This document shows positions 8,609 to 18,200 of a stretch of DNA of 64,000 nucleotides, piece by piece; position 1 is the stretch's first letter; each line of letters opens with the position of its first letter. Under the pieces are notes generated by a model. The model was not told where the DNA came from. It saw only the letters and a list, made by a program, of their open reading frames with translations, and did not search any database. The position numbers were made by a program, and so were the translations under genes. The DNA is from Alphaproteobacteria bacterium CG11_big_fil_rev_8_21_14_0_20_39_49 (GTDB taxonomy: Bacteria; Pseudomonadota; Alphaproteobacteria; Rickettsiales; UBA6187): the NCBI GenBank assembly GCA_002787635.1, contig PCXK01000007.1, forward strand, positions 252,676 through 316,675, in the 5' to 3' direction.

Positions 8609-9051
8609 TCAAAAATCTGCGTAACTCCGTTCCGTGAAAAAGATAATAGGTTTGAATAAGTCACGTTCCATTGCCCTTAGTACTCGATTAGCATATTTTT
8701 CTGTCCAGTCACACCTTCTTGCTTCTAGCCATTCACGGGCTACATTTTCAAAACTGTTTTCGTGATTAACTTTGAGGGCTAGTTTATCTTGTTTTTTCTT
8801 TTGTGATGGATTTATTCCAGCTTCAATCTGTTTTTTATTTCGGCTTTTCTTTGTCTGGCTTCTTTTAATGTCATTTGAGGGTATGTACCCAAAGAAACCA
8901 TGCTTTCTTTGCCTAAAAACAAATATCTCAAACGCCAATATTTACTACCGTTCTTGTGGATTAATATATAAAGTCCTTTACCGTCACGTAATTTATAGGA
9001 TTTTTCCTCTATTGGAGCTGTTTTGATTTTCCGGTCTGTAAGTAAAGACAT
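8609..9051 (-). pseudogene. Remnant of a P4-type tyrosine integrase (N-terminal arm-binding/DUF4102-like part only; frameshifted and 3'-truncated)
   Basis: ORF 8812-9051 reads LTDRKIKTAPIEEKSYKLRDGKGLYILIHKNGSKYWRLRYLFLGKESMVSLGTYPQMTLKEARQRKAEIK, a classic P4 integrase N-terminus. Homology continues in another frame (ORF 8609-8938: GINPSQKKKQDKL...SFENVAREWLEARRCDWTEKYANRVLRAMERDLF) and then stops. No catalytic R..HxxR..Y domain remains. Confidence 0.75.
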
Positions 9052-9215
9052 AAACGGGTAAATTATTTAAGTTAAACAATTTGTACCCGTCAATGTACCC
9101 GAAAATATTTAAAATTGGGTCGGATTGCATCGGAGGGTAACAGACAAGTGTTAGCCTAAATTCGTTGTAAAGTCTAGCTTTTTTGGACTTGTTGGGACTG
9201 TAAAAAACGGGGGAT

Positions 9216-9292
9216 TGGCGGGAGTGACGGGATTCGAACCCGCGACCTCTGCCGTGACAGGGCAGCGCTCTAACCAGCTGAGCTACACCCCC
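9216..9292 (-). tRNA. tRNA-Asp (anticodon GTC)
   Basis: The reverse complement gggggtgtagctcagctggttagagcgctgccctgtcacggcagaggtcgcgggttcgaatcccgtcactcccgcca folds as a cloverleaf. Anticodon loop ctGTCac, T-loop ttcgaat, encoded CCA. Confidence 0.92.
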
Positions 9293-9472
9293 GTATAAGA
9301 AATTCTTATGTGGGGAGAGGCAGATATAAATTATCTTTGGCAACAAATCAAGTATTAAAGCATGCTAGATGCATTTTTTTTGTGTTGGTAATGGATTTTG
9401 AACAAAAATGCATATATAGTTCCTCTTTGCGGTAAGGGGTATGACATATTTTATTATATAAATGCAATTATT

Positions 9473-10576
9473 ATGAAAACCATTCATATTTTTATTCATA
9501 CATTAAACCATAGCGGTTTAGTTCATGCTGCCGTTATGATGGCTAACGGTTTGGTTGATAAAGGCTATAAATCTAAATTAGTTGTAATTGGACAGGGGTG
9601 CGAGTCCCCATATAATATTGATGAAAGAATTAACCTTACCTTCTTGAATGTAAAACGAGGGAAGGGGTTGTTGGGTAAAATCAGATATTTATTGCAGTCG
9701 ATAATTGCTTTGCGAAAATATATTAAAGCTCGGAGGGCAGAAAATCTGCTCGTATGGGGAAATGAGTTTACTTCTGTTGCTGTTTTTATCAGGTGTTTGT
9801 TTGGGTTTAATGCAAAAATTATAGGTGTTAATGCGACAAGTATATCTTCACATTTAAAAAGCAATAAAGGATTCTACACAGCGGTAATCCATAAGAAAAT
9901 ATATAAAACCTTTTTAAACCGTGCCGACCATATTATAGCCCAGTCAGCGGGTATGGTTAATGAGTTGGTAGAGGTTTTTACAATAAATAAAGAAAAGCTG
10001 AATGTTGCATATCCTGCGATATCAAAAAAATTTTTCGGTCTTGAAATAACAGGCATTAAAGAAGATGAAATTATTTATGTAGGAAGGTTAATTTACTCAA
10101 AAAACGTTGAAAGGTTATTAACTGCATTTTCCAAAATAAAAGATAAAGATGTTAAATTAAGAATAATAGGCGAGGGGGAGTTGATTGACTCTTTAAAACA
10201 TATGTCCGAAGAACTTGGAATAAAGGATAGGGTTATATTTGAAGGGGCGATGGATAATGTCGTACCATATATGCAAAAAGCTAAGCTGCTTGTTCTGACC
10301 TCACGCTATGAAGGATTCGGAATGGTTGTTGCCGAAGCTATTGCTTGTGGAACTCCTGCCGTTGCGGTTGATTGCCCTGTAGGACCCTCGGAGATAATCA
10401 TAAATGGTGAGAACGGTTATTTAGCGGATTATGAAAATGATGAGGAGCTTGTATCTTTAATTGATAAAGCACTGCAAAAAAAATGGGATTATAAAAATGT
10501 CTCAAAAACTGTAGATAAATTTTCTCCTGAGAATGTTTTACCCGAATATATAAATGCAATCAAAAAGGTTTTTTAA
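9473..10576 (+). CDS. Glycosyltransferase family 4 (GT-B, RfaG-like)
   Basis: N-terminal IHIFIHTLNHSG and C-terminal signature TSRYEGFGMVVAEAIACGTPAVAVDCPVGPSEII. I prefer the ATG at 9473 over the TTG at 9398. Confidence 0.8.
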   Translation: MKTIHIFIHTLNHSGLVHAAVMMANGLVDKGYKSKLVVIGQGCESPYNIDERINLTFLNVKRGKGLLGKIRYLLQSIIALRKYIKARRAENLLVWGNEFTSVAVFIRCLFGFNAKIIGVNATSISSHLKSNKGFYTAVIHKKIYKTFLNRADHIIAQSAGMVNELVEVFTINKEKLNVAYPAISKKFFGLEITGIKEDEIIYVGRLIYSKNVERLLTAFSKIKDKDVKLRIIGEGELIDSLKHMSEELGIKDRVIFEGAMDNVVPYMQKAKLLVLTSRYEGFGMVVAEAIACGTPAVAVDCPVGPSEIIINGENGYLADYENDEELVSLIDKALQKKWDYKNVSKTVDKFSPENVLPEYINAIKKVF

Positions 10577-10579
10577 GTA

Positions 10580-10786
10580 ATGGAAGATGAAATTATCGAA
10601 CTACAGGAAATGGCAGCCCATCAGGCAAGTGACATTGAGAAGTTAAGTGTTGAAATATATATTCAGCAAAAGGAAATAAATATGCTGAAGGAAAAGCTAC
10701 AAAAACTGGAATCTAAAATAAAAGAGCATGGCGGTGATTCGGGGATAAGAAGTGTAGATGAGGAGTCGCCGCCACCGCATTATTAA
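10580..10786 (+). CDS. slyX: SlyX family protein
   Basis: A 68-aa coiled-coil protein with the SlyX-like opening EDEIIELQEMAAHQASDIEKLSVEIYIQQKEINMLKEKL and a C-terminal PPPHY. Confidence 0.7.
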   Translation: MEDEIIELQEMAAHQASDIEKLSVEIYIQQKEINMLKEKLQKLESKIKEHGGDSGIRSVDEESPPPHY

Positions 10787-10792
10787 ATTCAA

Positions 10793-10850
10793 CCCCTCAC
10801 AAAACACTATCGTGTTTTAACTCTCCCTCAAGGGGAGAGTAGTTTTTTTA
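10793..10850 (+). repeat. Family-D repeat copy 1 (double hairpin plus T-run, terminator-like)
   Basis: cccctcacaaaacactatcgtgttttaactctccctcaaggggagagtagttttttt. Hairpins are aaaacac..gtgtttt and ctctccc..ggggagag, followed by a T-run directly after slyX. Near-identical to 12022-12077. Confidence 0.8.
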
Positions 10851-10855
10851 TACTG

Positions 10856-10888
10856 CGTCATACTATGGCTTGACCATAGTATCCAAGC
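10856..10888. repeat. Family-C palindromic repeat copy
   Basis: cgtcatactatggcttgaccatagtatccaagc. Related copies at 8416-8441, 21793-21811, 30889-30925 and 45877-45906. Confidence 0.65.
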
Positions 10889-10944
10889 AAATTAAACGAA
10901 CATTCTGAAGGGGTAAATACTCCTTCAGGCAGAGTTTAATAAAG

Positions 10945-11760
10945 CTAAAAATCTGCATATTTCATTATGCGGTGCATAATGTGCCTTAGTTCAGCTTTAA
11001 GCTCTTTGGTGTCAGGAGCATTTTTATCACACTGCTCAAATCTTTCTATTAAATCTTCCAATCGTGCAAGTTCTCTGGGTAAAATTGGGTGTCGTCTTTT
11101 TTGTGTTCTATCAAGTAGCATCAATAGATACTCCGGAGGTAAAATAGCTTCAGGATTTTTAATCCTGCTTTCTAGTGTACCAATAGAAGCACGTAAATCA
11201 GTCATAGCAGAAAGAATATCACCTAGAGGCTGACTATCTGCACTTCCACTTTCCAGAATTGATTTGAAGTCTACGGCTGCTGAAATTGGAGTGTCAATTT
11301 TTTCTGGGTTGCTTTCAAGCGATTCAATTTGCTTAATAATATCGTTTCTGGCTTGCTCAGCCTCATCTAAATCTTGATGGTTAATGTAAATTGTCCGAAT
11401 ACCACCAACATCAAAAGGGATTTGTTCCTCTTTCTGAATAACCTGAATGATTGGCTTTCTTATTGCGTGCCTTACTGCCAATTCATAGAAAACATTTGGA
11501 TTATGCTCTGTTAAATCAGCAATTACCAATGGTGCATCGATGATGTGCTGAATAATCTGATGTGTAATCAAGCCTTGATCATTAATGTTATCTGCCCTTA
11601 CAGGAGAATATCCTTTTTTTGATACTGCTGGCGTAATAATATGCTTAAGCACGGTATCTGAACGCTTTCTTGTATCAGAATCGGGTTTTCCAATTGGAGA
11701 AATGATAAAACATTCTTTTTTATTAATGTTATCTTCTATCGATTTATTATTTTTGTTCAT
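10945..11760 (-). CDS. Orphan protein whose N-terminal domain is nucleoside-2-deoxyribosyltransferase/TIR-like (pattern only), with a helical C-terminal half
   Basis: CFIISPIGKPDSDTRKRSDTVLKHIITPA...VRADNI...APLVIADLTEHNPNVFYELAVRHAIRKPIIQV resembles the flavodoxin-like NDT/TIR-like motif (buried beta-strand, then ADxT..NPNVxYELG). No operon partner. Bracketed by direct repeats. Confidence 0.4.
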   Translation of the reverse strand: MNKNNKSIEDNINKKECFIISPIGKPDSDTRKRSDTVLKHIITPAVSKKGYSPVRADNINDQGLITHQIIQHIIDAPLVIADLTEHNPNVFYELAVRHAIRKPIIQVIQKEEQIPFDVGGIRTIYINHQDLDEAEQARNDIIKQIESLESNPEKIDTPISAAVDFKSILESGSADSQPLGDILSAMTDLRASIGTLESRIKNPEAILPPEYLLMLLDRTQKRRHPILPRELARLEDLIERFEQCDKNAPDTKELKAELRHIMHRIMKYADF

Positions 11761-11868
11761 ACAGCTTACTAAAGAAATATATTAATATTCAAAAATACCT
11801 AATACTAAATATTTGTTTATAACGCAATTATAAATACCATTGCAAGATCTCTGCATAATGCAAAAAAA

Positions 11869-11911
11869 CTCGCCATTACCTGAATTTGTTTCACAAATTC
11901 AGGCGATGACG
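11869..11911. repeat. Family-B repeat, single arm
   Basis: ctcgccattacctgaatttgtttcacaaattcaggcgatgacg matches the arm ending ...aattc(a/g)ggcgatgacg seen at 21753 and 39098. Confidence 0.6.
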
Positions 11912-12021
11912 TGTTATACAGAGGTCTCATTGTGAAGTATGCCACTCTCTACGGGAAGGGGTAAATACCCATTCGGGCTAGAGCCACTCATGCAAGTAAA
12001 GTAAATACTTGCATGTTATTA

Positions 12022-12077
12022 CCCCTCACAAAACACTTCGTGTTTTAACTCTCCCTCAAGGGGAGAGTAGTTTTTTA
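12022..12077 (+). repeat. Family-D repeat copy 2
   Basis: cccctcacaaaacacttcgtgttttaactctccctcaaggggagagtagtttttt. Same orientation as copy 1 with a one-base indel. Abuts the rpe stop codon. Confidence 0.8.
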
Positions 12078-12078
12078 G

Positions 12079-12738
12079 TTAGCCACGCAGGGTTTTTATA
12101 TTATCTTTATATTTTTCCGGACCGCCTGTGAAAGTTGCGGAACCGGCAACTAACACATCGGCTCCGGCATCAACTACTAACTTTGCGGTTTGTGCATTAA
12201 TTCCGCCATCGACCTGTAAATCTATCTGTTTGCCTGTAGCGTCGATTTTTTGGCGTATTATCCTTATTTTCTCCAGTTGGGAGTGGAGGAATTTTTGTCC
12301 GCCAAAACCGGGGTTAACCGACATAACTAAAACAAGGTCAAGCTCAGGTAATATATAATCCAATACATCGGGAGGGGTGGTCGGAACTAAAGACACTCCG
12401 GCTTTTTTGCCGAATGATTTTATTAACTGCACGGTTCTGTCAAGATGAATACAAGCCTCCTGATGAACCGTTATTATGTCTGAACCTGCATTAGAAAACT
12501 CTTCAATGTAATTATCGGGATTTTCTATCATCAGGTGAACATCGAACGGTAAATCGCTTGTTTTGCGTAAATCTTTAACAACACATGCACCGATAGTTAT
12601 ATTAGGTACAAAATGACCGTCCATCACATCAATATGGATATAATCCGCCCCTGCGTTTGTTACGTCCGCAACGGCTTTTCCAAGTTCTGAAAAATCAGCG
12701 GAAAGGATTGAAGGGGCTATTTTGGTATTTTGCTGCAT
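12079..12738 (-). CDS. rpe: Ribulose-phosphate 3-epimerase
   Basis: [10 protein letters not shown]...[16 protein letters not shown]...DVHLM...[12 protein letters not shown]...VDGGI are the canonical Rpe motifs. 219 aa. Confidence 0.95.
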   Translation of the reverse strand: MQQNTKIAPSILSADFSELGKAVADVTNAGADYIHIDVMDGHFVPNITIGACVVKDLRKTSDLPFDVHLMIENPDNYIEEFSNAGSDIITVHQEACIHLDRTVQLIKSFGKKAGVSLVPTTPPDVLDYILPELDLVLVMSVNPGFGGQKFLHSQLEKIRIIRQKIDATGKQIDLQVDGGINAQTAKLVVDAGADVLVAGSATFTGGPEKYKDNIKTLRG

Positions 12739-12782
12739 TTAAAACCCTAAATTTTTTTTAACGATACGCTTAATGGTTCACA

Positions 12783-12851
12783 TGTCACCCTGAACTTGTT
12801 TCAGGGTCTTTTTAAATTAAAATGAGATGCTGAAATAAATTCAGCATGACA
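12783..12851. repeat. Family-A 69-bp palindromic element
   Basis: tgtcaccctgaacttgtttcagggtc, then a spacer, then gatgctgaaataaattcagcatgaca. Each arm is itself a hairpin, and the two arms are inverted repeats of each other. Confidence 0.8.
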
Positions 12852-13045
12852 AAATAAATAATTATAACGATTCAACCATTAAACCTACAATTCCATTTTT
12901 TAAAATTAATGTAGCTGATTTTTAATAATTTTTCCAGTCATTAATATTTTTTTAGTTTTTATGCCGTTCGTTAACGATTTGTTAATAATCTGAATGTATT
13001 AATATGCTTTCTGTTATATTGAACTTATACTCTAGGAGAATAATC

Positions 13046-13345
13046 ATGGTAAATAGCGAAATACTGAATGTTGACGGTTTAGTTAGTCCTGAAGACAAGG
13101 TTATAGCCTCAAAGCTATATAGGGTGCGTACAAAAATGGACATAAAAAGATCCGAACTTGCACGTTTGACAGGCATATCTGAAGAGACTATAGCAGAATA
13201 TGAGAACGGACTTGAAGCTGTTCCGGCAAGTGACCTGTTCATGCTTTCAAGTGTAATGGGTATCAGCATCGATTATTTCTATAGCGATGATTATACGGCG
13301 GCTTCTTCTGCGTTTGAGGGTAATGAAGAGGTGGTTTTCTCCTAG
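13046..13345 (+). CDS. XRE-family helix-turn-helix transcriptional regulator
   Basis: HTH segment IKRSELARLTGISEETIAEYENGLEAVPASDLFMLSSVMGISIDYFY. ATG at 13046 is preceded by aggag. Confidence 0.7.
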   Translation: MVNSEILNVDGLVSPEDKVIASKLYRVRTKMDIKRSELARLTGISEETIAEYENGLEAVPASDLFMLSSVMGISIDYFYSDDYTAASSAFEGNEEVVFS

Positions 13346-14184
13346 TCAAAATCCATATCAAGTCCTATATCGACACTTGTAGGTGAGTTAGTTATAGCTC
13401 CGACCGATATGAAGTCTACGCCTGTTTCTGCTATGCCTCTTACTGTTTTTAGGCTTACATTGCCTGAGGCTTCTAAGGGGATTTTTCCTGCCGTTATTTT
13501 CACCGCTCTTGCGAGGGTTTCATTATCCATGTTGTCAAGCAGGATAATATCCGCACCATTTTCTATAGCCTCGATTACCTGCTCTATAGTATCGCATTCT
13601 ATTTGTATTTTCATGCCTTCAGGGCGATTTTGTTTCGCCTTATTCAAAGCATTTTGAACCGACCCGCATACGCTTATATGGTTATCTTTTATAAGTATGG
13701 CATCATCAAGGCAGAATCTATGGTTATAACCGCCTCCTTTGGTGACGGCATATTTTTGAATAGAGCGTAGCCCCGGTATGGTTTTTCTGGTATCGAGTAT
13801 TTTTGCTTTAGCTCCTTTTGTCAGGTCTGCGAACTTGCGTGTTATTGTTGCCGTTCCGCACATCTGGCGTAAAAGGTTTAGTGCCGTCCTTTCGGCTTCA
13901 AGTATTTTTATGGCGTTACCTTCGCCTTGCAAGATTATGTTGCCTCGTTTTATGATGTCGCCGTCATTATATTCGCTTTTGAGTTCTATTTTGTTAGAAA
14001 GAGTTTTAAATACCTCCATGGCTATAGGTATTCCGCATACCACCATTTCTTCCCTTGCACGGATTACGAATTTTGTGCTTTTATCTTCAGGGATAGTGAT
14101 TTTTGATGTAATGTCGCCTTTTCCGATATCTTCGGATAGTGACATGGATATTATTCTGTTAATTTCTTTTGTGTCCGGTTGCAT
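13342..14184 (-). CDS. nadC: Nicotinate-nucleotide pyrophosphorylase (carboxylating)
   Basis: 280 aa. EAERTALNLLRQMCGTAT, ILDTRKTIPGLR, KYAVTKGGGYNHRFCLDDAILIKDNH and IECDT...LLDNM are typical QPRTase motifs. Confidence 0.93.
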   Translation of the reverse strand: MQPDTKEINRIISMSLSEDIGKGDITSKITIPEDKSTKFVIRAREEMVVCGIPIAMEVFKTLSNKIELKSEYNDGDIIKRGNIILQGEGNAIKILEAERTALNLLRQMCGTATITRKFADLTKGAKAKILDTRKTIPGLRSIQKYAVTKGGGYNHRFCLDDAILIKDNHISVCGSVQNALNKAKQNRPEGMKIQIECDTIEQVIEAIENGADIILLDNMDNETLARAVKITAGKIPLEASGNVSLKTVRGIAETGVDFISVGAITNSPTSVDIGLDMDFD

Positions 14185-14329
14185 TTTAAGTAAATTTTGT
14201 TACTGAAAAAAGTTTTTTTTAACTTATAATAAAAAAGCCTTAATAAGGCTATAGTTAATTATGGATTTGTACTGTTTACTTATTTGGCTATACTATTTAA
14301 CATTACAAAAAACTATAAGGATTGTTTAT

Positions 14330-14530
14330 ATGGGATTAAGTTGGCTTGATGTTCGTGAAATAGCTATAGAATTAGAAGAAGCACACCCCGATGCGGATAA
14401 TGTCAATCTTCGTTTTACGGATTTGAAAAAATGGGTTAATGAAATTGATAATTTTGAAGGTGAACCTAACGGCTGTAATGAAAAAATTCTGGAGGCTATT
14501 CAGATGGCGTGGATAGATGAAAGAGATTAG
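14330..14530 (+). CDS. iscX: Fe-S cluster assembly protein IscX
   Basis: MGLSWLDVREIAIELEEAHPDADNVNLRFTDLKKWVNEIDNFEGEPNGCNEKILEAIQMAWIDE matches the IscX/YfhJ pattern (MGLKW.D..EI...L....PD.DP...RFTD...W...L..F.DDP...NEKILEAI...W). Confidence 0.85.
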   Translation: MGLSWLDVREIAIELEEAHPDADNVNLRFTDLKKWVNEIDNFEGEPNGCNEKILEAIQMAWIDERD

Positions 14531-14985
14531 TTTGCATCTCTTTTGTATCGCATGCCTCCTAAAATAGCATTTATCGGTTTATCTGCCGAGTTGCCTATAG
14601 GCAGCAATATCTGCCTGTATTTTAGTACCTGATTTATGCCCTGATGTATCTCTATGTTGTGGGTCATCGGTCTGCGTGATGTAACTATTCTGTCAAAATG
14701 TTTTTTATATGATTCTAAAAAGTTATTAGTAGACTTTTCCTTGTTTTCCGTATCAAGAGGATCTGCGTGTAACTTTAAAATGTTATTGCCGATATATGTC
14801 GTTGAAAAATAGTGGTTGTTCGATTGGTGGTGAATTAATAATATAAATACGTCATCTACCAGACTTTCATCTATTTCGGTTTCCCTTATGCAGTCTATAG
14901 ACGGAAAGACCTTGTCACCTCTGGCATTATCCCAGAATTGCTGCAAATAATCTGTAAGCCTTAATTTCTGTACTTCTTTTTCCAT
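14527..14985 (-). CDS. Small PAS_5 (DUF1457)-like PAS-domain protein
   Basis: L..FW...RGDKVFPS...I.......DVFIL...........YIG..I..........ILLPIG...D.I.AILG resembles the alphaproteobacterial PAS_5 family. Pattern-level call only. Confidence 0.45.
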   Translation of the reverse strand: MEKEVQKLRLTDYLQQFWDNARGDKVFPSIDCIRETEIDESLVDDVFILLIHHQSNNHYFSTTYIGNNILKLHADPLDTENKEKSTNNFLESYKKHFDRIVTSRRPMTHNIEIHQGINQVLKYRQILLPIGNSADKPINAILGGMRYKRDAN

Positions 14986-15128
14986 TAAAATGCATGCAAA
15001 ATTGTTGTTAACAAATTATTATTATATGCTACCTTTATTACCAAATCATTAACTTTAGGGTATTTGCCATAAGGTAGTGTTCAATAAACATAGATTTTGT
15101 AATAATTGCGTTGAAGTCTTTAATTTTT

Positions 15129-15197
15129 TGTCATGCTGAACTTGTTTCAGCATCTCTAACATGAAAAAGTAGATGCTGAAACAAGTTCAGTATGACA
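15129..15197. repeat. Family-A 69-bp palindromic element
   Basis: tgtcatgctgaacttgtttcagcatctctaacatgaaaaagtagatgctgaaacaagttcagtatgaca. Confidence 0.8.
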
Positions 15198-15261
15198 AAA
15201 TCTGTGTATAATAACCACTCCCTTGCCATAAACCAAAAAACACTATAAGTAAGTTATAACT

Positions 15262-18200
15262 ATGACCCAAGCACAAAAATTAGCATCTAATCCTGCACAT
15301 TCTGTTTATGTGGGGGCATCGGCAGGTTCGGGTAAAACGAAGGTTCTAACCGACAGGGTGCTTAGAATCCTGTTAGGAGGTGTTCCGCCCGGCAAAATAA
15401 TGTGCCTTACATTCACTAATGCCGCAGCGGCAGAGATGGCAAATCGTATCAATAAAAACCTGATGAAGTGGGTTGCGGTATCAAAAGCCGAGCTGATAAA
15501 GGATATTACGGACTTAACGGGAGTTGTGCCTGATGAAAAAACACTAACCCTTGCAAGAAGATTATTCGTTTCTGTTCTCGATACTCCGGACGGATTGAAA
15601 ATTCAGACTATTCACTCATTTTGTCAGAACCTTATGAGAAGATTTCCGCTTGAAGCCGGCATAGCTCCGCATTTTCAGGTGATTGACGAGCAAACTTCAT
15701 TAGAGCTTTTAAAAGAATCACGCATGAGGCTTTTGTCAAAAAAAGATGAGCATAGTGACGTTGTAAGCAAGGCAATCAATAATATTGCATGGAGGGTCGA
15801 TGAGGGCGGCTTTGCACAAATATTGCATGACATAACCAACGAGCGTGAAAAAATAGAATATTTGTTTAGCCGTTATAGCATGGTTGAGATAGTTGAAAGG
15901 ATTTGCAGCGTTTTGAATGTAAAGGCGGAAGAAACCGAGAAATCGGTAATATTTGATAATTATAAAGACTATGATATTGAAAAAATCAAGGACTATGCAG
16001 GTATTTTATCGGCAGGCGGGGCAAATGATATCAAGGCGGGAAGTTGTATAAAATCTTTTATAGATGTCTTTGAAAAACAAGGTGATATTGAAAGTGCGTT
16101 CAACAGTTATGTGCTTGCATTTTTAACGGCCGACTTTAAACCGAGAAAAAAACTTGTTAATAATAATATCGCTAAAAAATATCCTGATTGCGAACAGTGG
16201 ATGCAAAAAGAGCAATCTGACGTTTTAACATTGCTGGATAAGGTAAGGTCTGTTCGTATAGCACAATTGACTATAGATTTATTCCATGTAAGTGAGGCTA
16301 TTTTAATTCTGTATAAAAAAGCTAAAAACTCGAAAGCTTTTTTAGATTACAATGACTTGATAATAGCCAGTAATAATTTACTTAATAAAAGCGGTATAGC
16401 ACCTTGGATTTTATATAAATTAGACGGCGGAATCGACCATCTTCTGGTTGATGAGGCACAAGATACAAGCCCGCAGCAATGGAAGGTGATAGAGGCATTG
16501 TGCGGAGAGTTTTTTGTAGGGCAGGGAGCATCTGAAAAAAACCGTACCGTTTTTATAGTCGGAGATGAAAAACAATCTATTTTCAGCTTTCAAGGAGCTG
16601 ATCCTAAAGTGTTCAATCAAATGCAGTCGGTATTTTCCAAGAGGGCAAAAGATGCACAAAAAGGCTGGCAAACCGTGGCTTTGGATAGGTCTTTCCGTTC
16701 TACTTCTGCCGTTTTGAAATGCGTTGATGCTATATTTTCAAAAGAGAATATCAGAAAATCAGTATCGTTCCTGCCCGAATATATTCCCCATGTCGCCCAT
16801 AGGGAAAGTCATGCGGGGCTAGTTGAGCTTTGGTCTTTATTGGAAAAAGAGGAAAAGGACAGCCTTGAGCCTTGGACGTTGCCTATTAAGAGGATTGAGG
16901 CAACTAATATAAAAAGAAAATTAGCCGCAAAAATAGCCGCAACGGTTAAGGAATGGATAGACGGGGGAAGGAAGATAGAGGCTACCGGTAAGACGGTAAG
17001 TCCGGGTGACATAATGATATTGGTGCGTCGCCGTGATGCGTTGGTTGATTATCTGGTGAGCGAGTTAAAGGCAAATGATGTTGCGGTTGCAGGTGTGGAC
17101 AGAATGATATTGACCGAGCATATTGCGGTAATGGATTTAATGGCATTGGGTAACTTCCTGTTGCTGCCGGAAGATGACCTGACTTTAGCCTCGGTTTTAA
17201 AAAGCCCCCTTATAGGTATGAGCGAAGAAGAGTTGTTTGAAATTGCTTATAAAAGAGGAAAGAGGTCTTTATGGTCTGCCCTAAAGGAAAAGGAAGGAGC
17301 TGTTTTTCAGGCAGCTTATGAGTATCTTTTGGGCTTATTGAATAAGACGGATTTTGTTTCGCCGTTTGAGATATATTCACATATTCTGGAGGCAAAAAGC
17401 GGAAGAAAAAAACTTGCCTCAAGGCTTGGTGAGGAAGTGAACGACCCGATTGATGAGTTCCTGTCACTGGCTCTTGCCTATGAGAGCAGCCACCCCCCTG
17501 CGTTACAAGGTTTTTTAAGCTGGCTTTCAATGGGCAAAACCGAAGTTAAGCGTGACCTTGAGCAGGGCAATGATGAGGTTCGTATTATGACCGTGCATGG
17601 CTCAAAGGGATTGCAGGCTCCGATTGTTTTCTTGCCCGATACAACATCATTGCCGAAGAACAAAAGCGGCAATATATTCTGGACTGAAAATAACGGTGAG
17701 CCGATAATGTTATGGAGCGGCTTGAGTGAGAACTTAAATGAGTATTGTAATGGTTTAAAAGATAGTGCTAAAAGTCAGACTAATGACGAGTATTTAAGGT
17801 TGCTGTATGTAGCACTTACCAGAGCCGAAGATGAACTTTATATAGCAGGCTATCAGGATAATAAAAAAATAACAGATGAGTGTTGGTATAATGTGATAAA
17901 AAACGGCATGGAAGATATCGCGGAGAATGTTGACGGCAAGCTGGTGCTTAGGTCTGAGCAGTTATCTGAAGTTGTTAATGATAATGAAGTTCAAAGGGTT
18001 GAGGAGATGGCGGTTTTATTGCCTGAGTTTGTCGGGCAAAAAGTGCCTCAGGAACCAATGCCTTCTGTTCCTCTTACACCTTCTCAGCTTGAAGGTGATG
18101 TGCCTGTCGTTAACTCTCCTTTAGTCAAGGGGGCGATACTTAAAGGAAAACTAATTCACAAATTACTACAATATCTGCCCGAACTGCCCGTTGAAAAAAG

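Noticed and set aside
8453-8659. 68-aa ORF in the gap between the island operon and the integrase remnant, considered as a possible small precursor peptide
   Set aside because: It runs through a G-rich repeat-like stretch (cccgcttgcggggtaggggtagggagggggc) and into the degraded integrase 3' region. It has no SD sequence, and its composition looks non-coding. Shorter ORFs in the 5488-5808 gap lie wholly inside palindromic repeats.
8993-9346. 117-aa ORF on the minus strand
   Set aside because: It is read straight through tRNA-Asp (9216-9292) and the integrase upstream region, so it is a spurious ORF.
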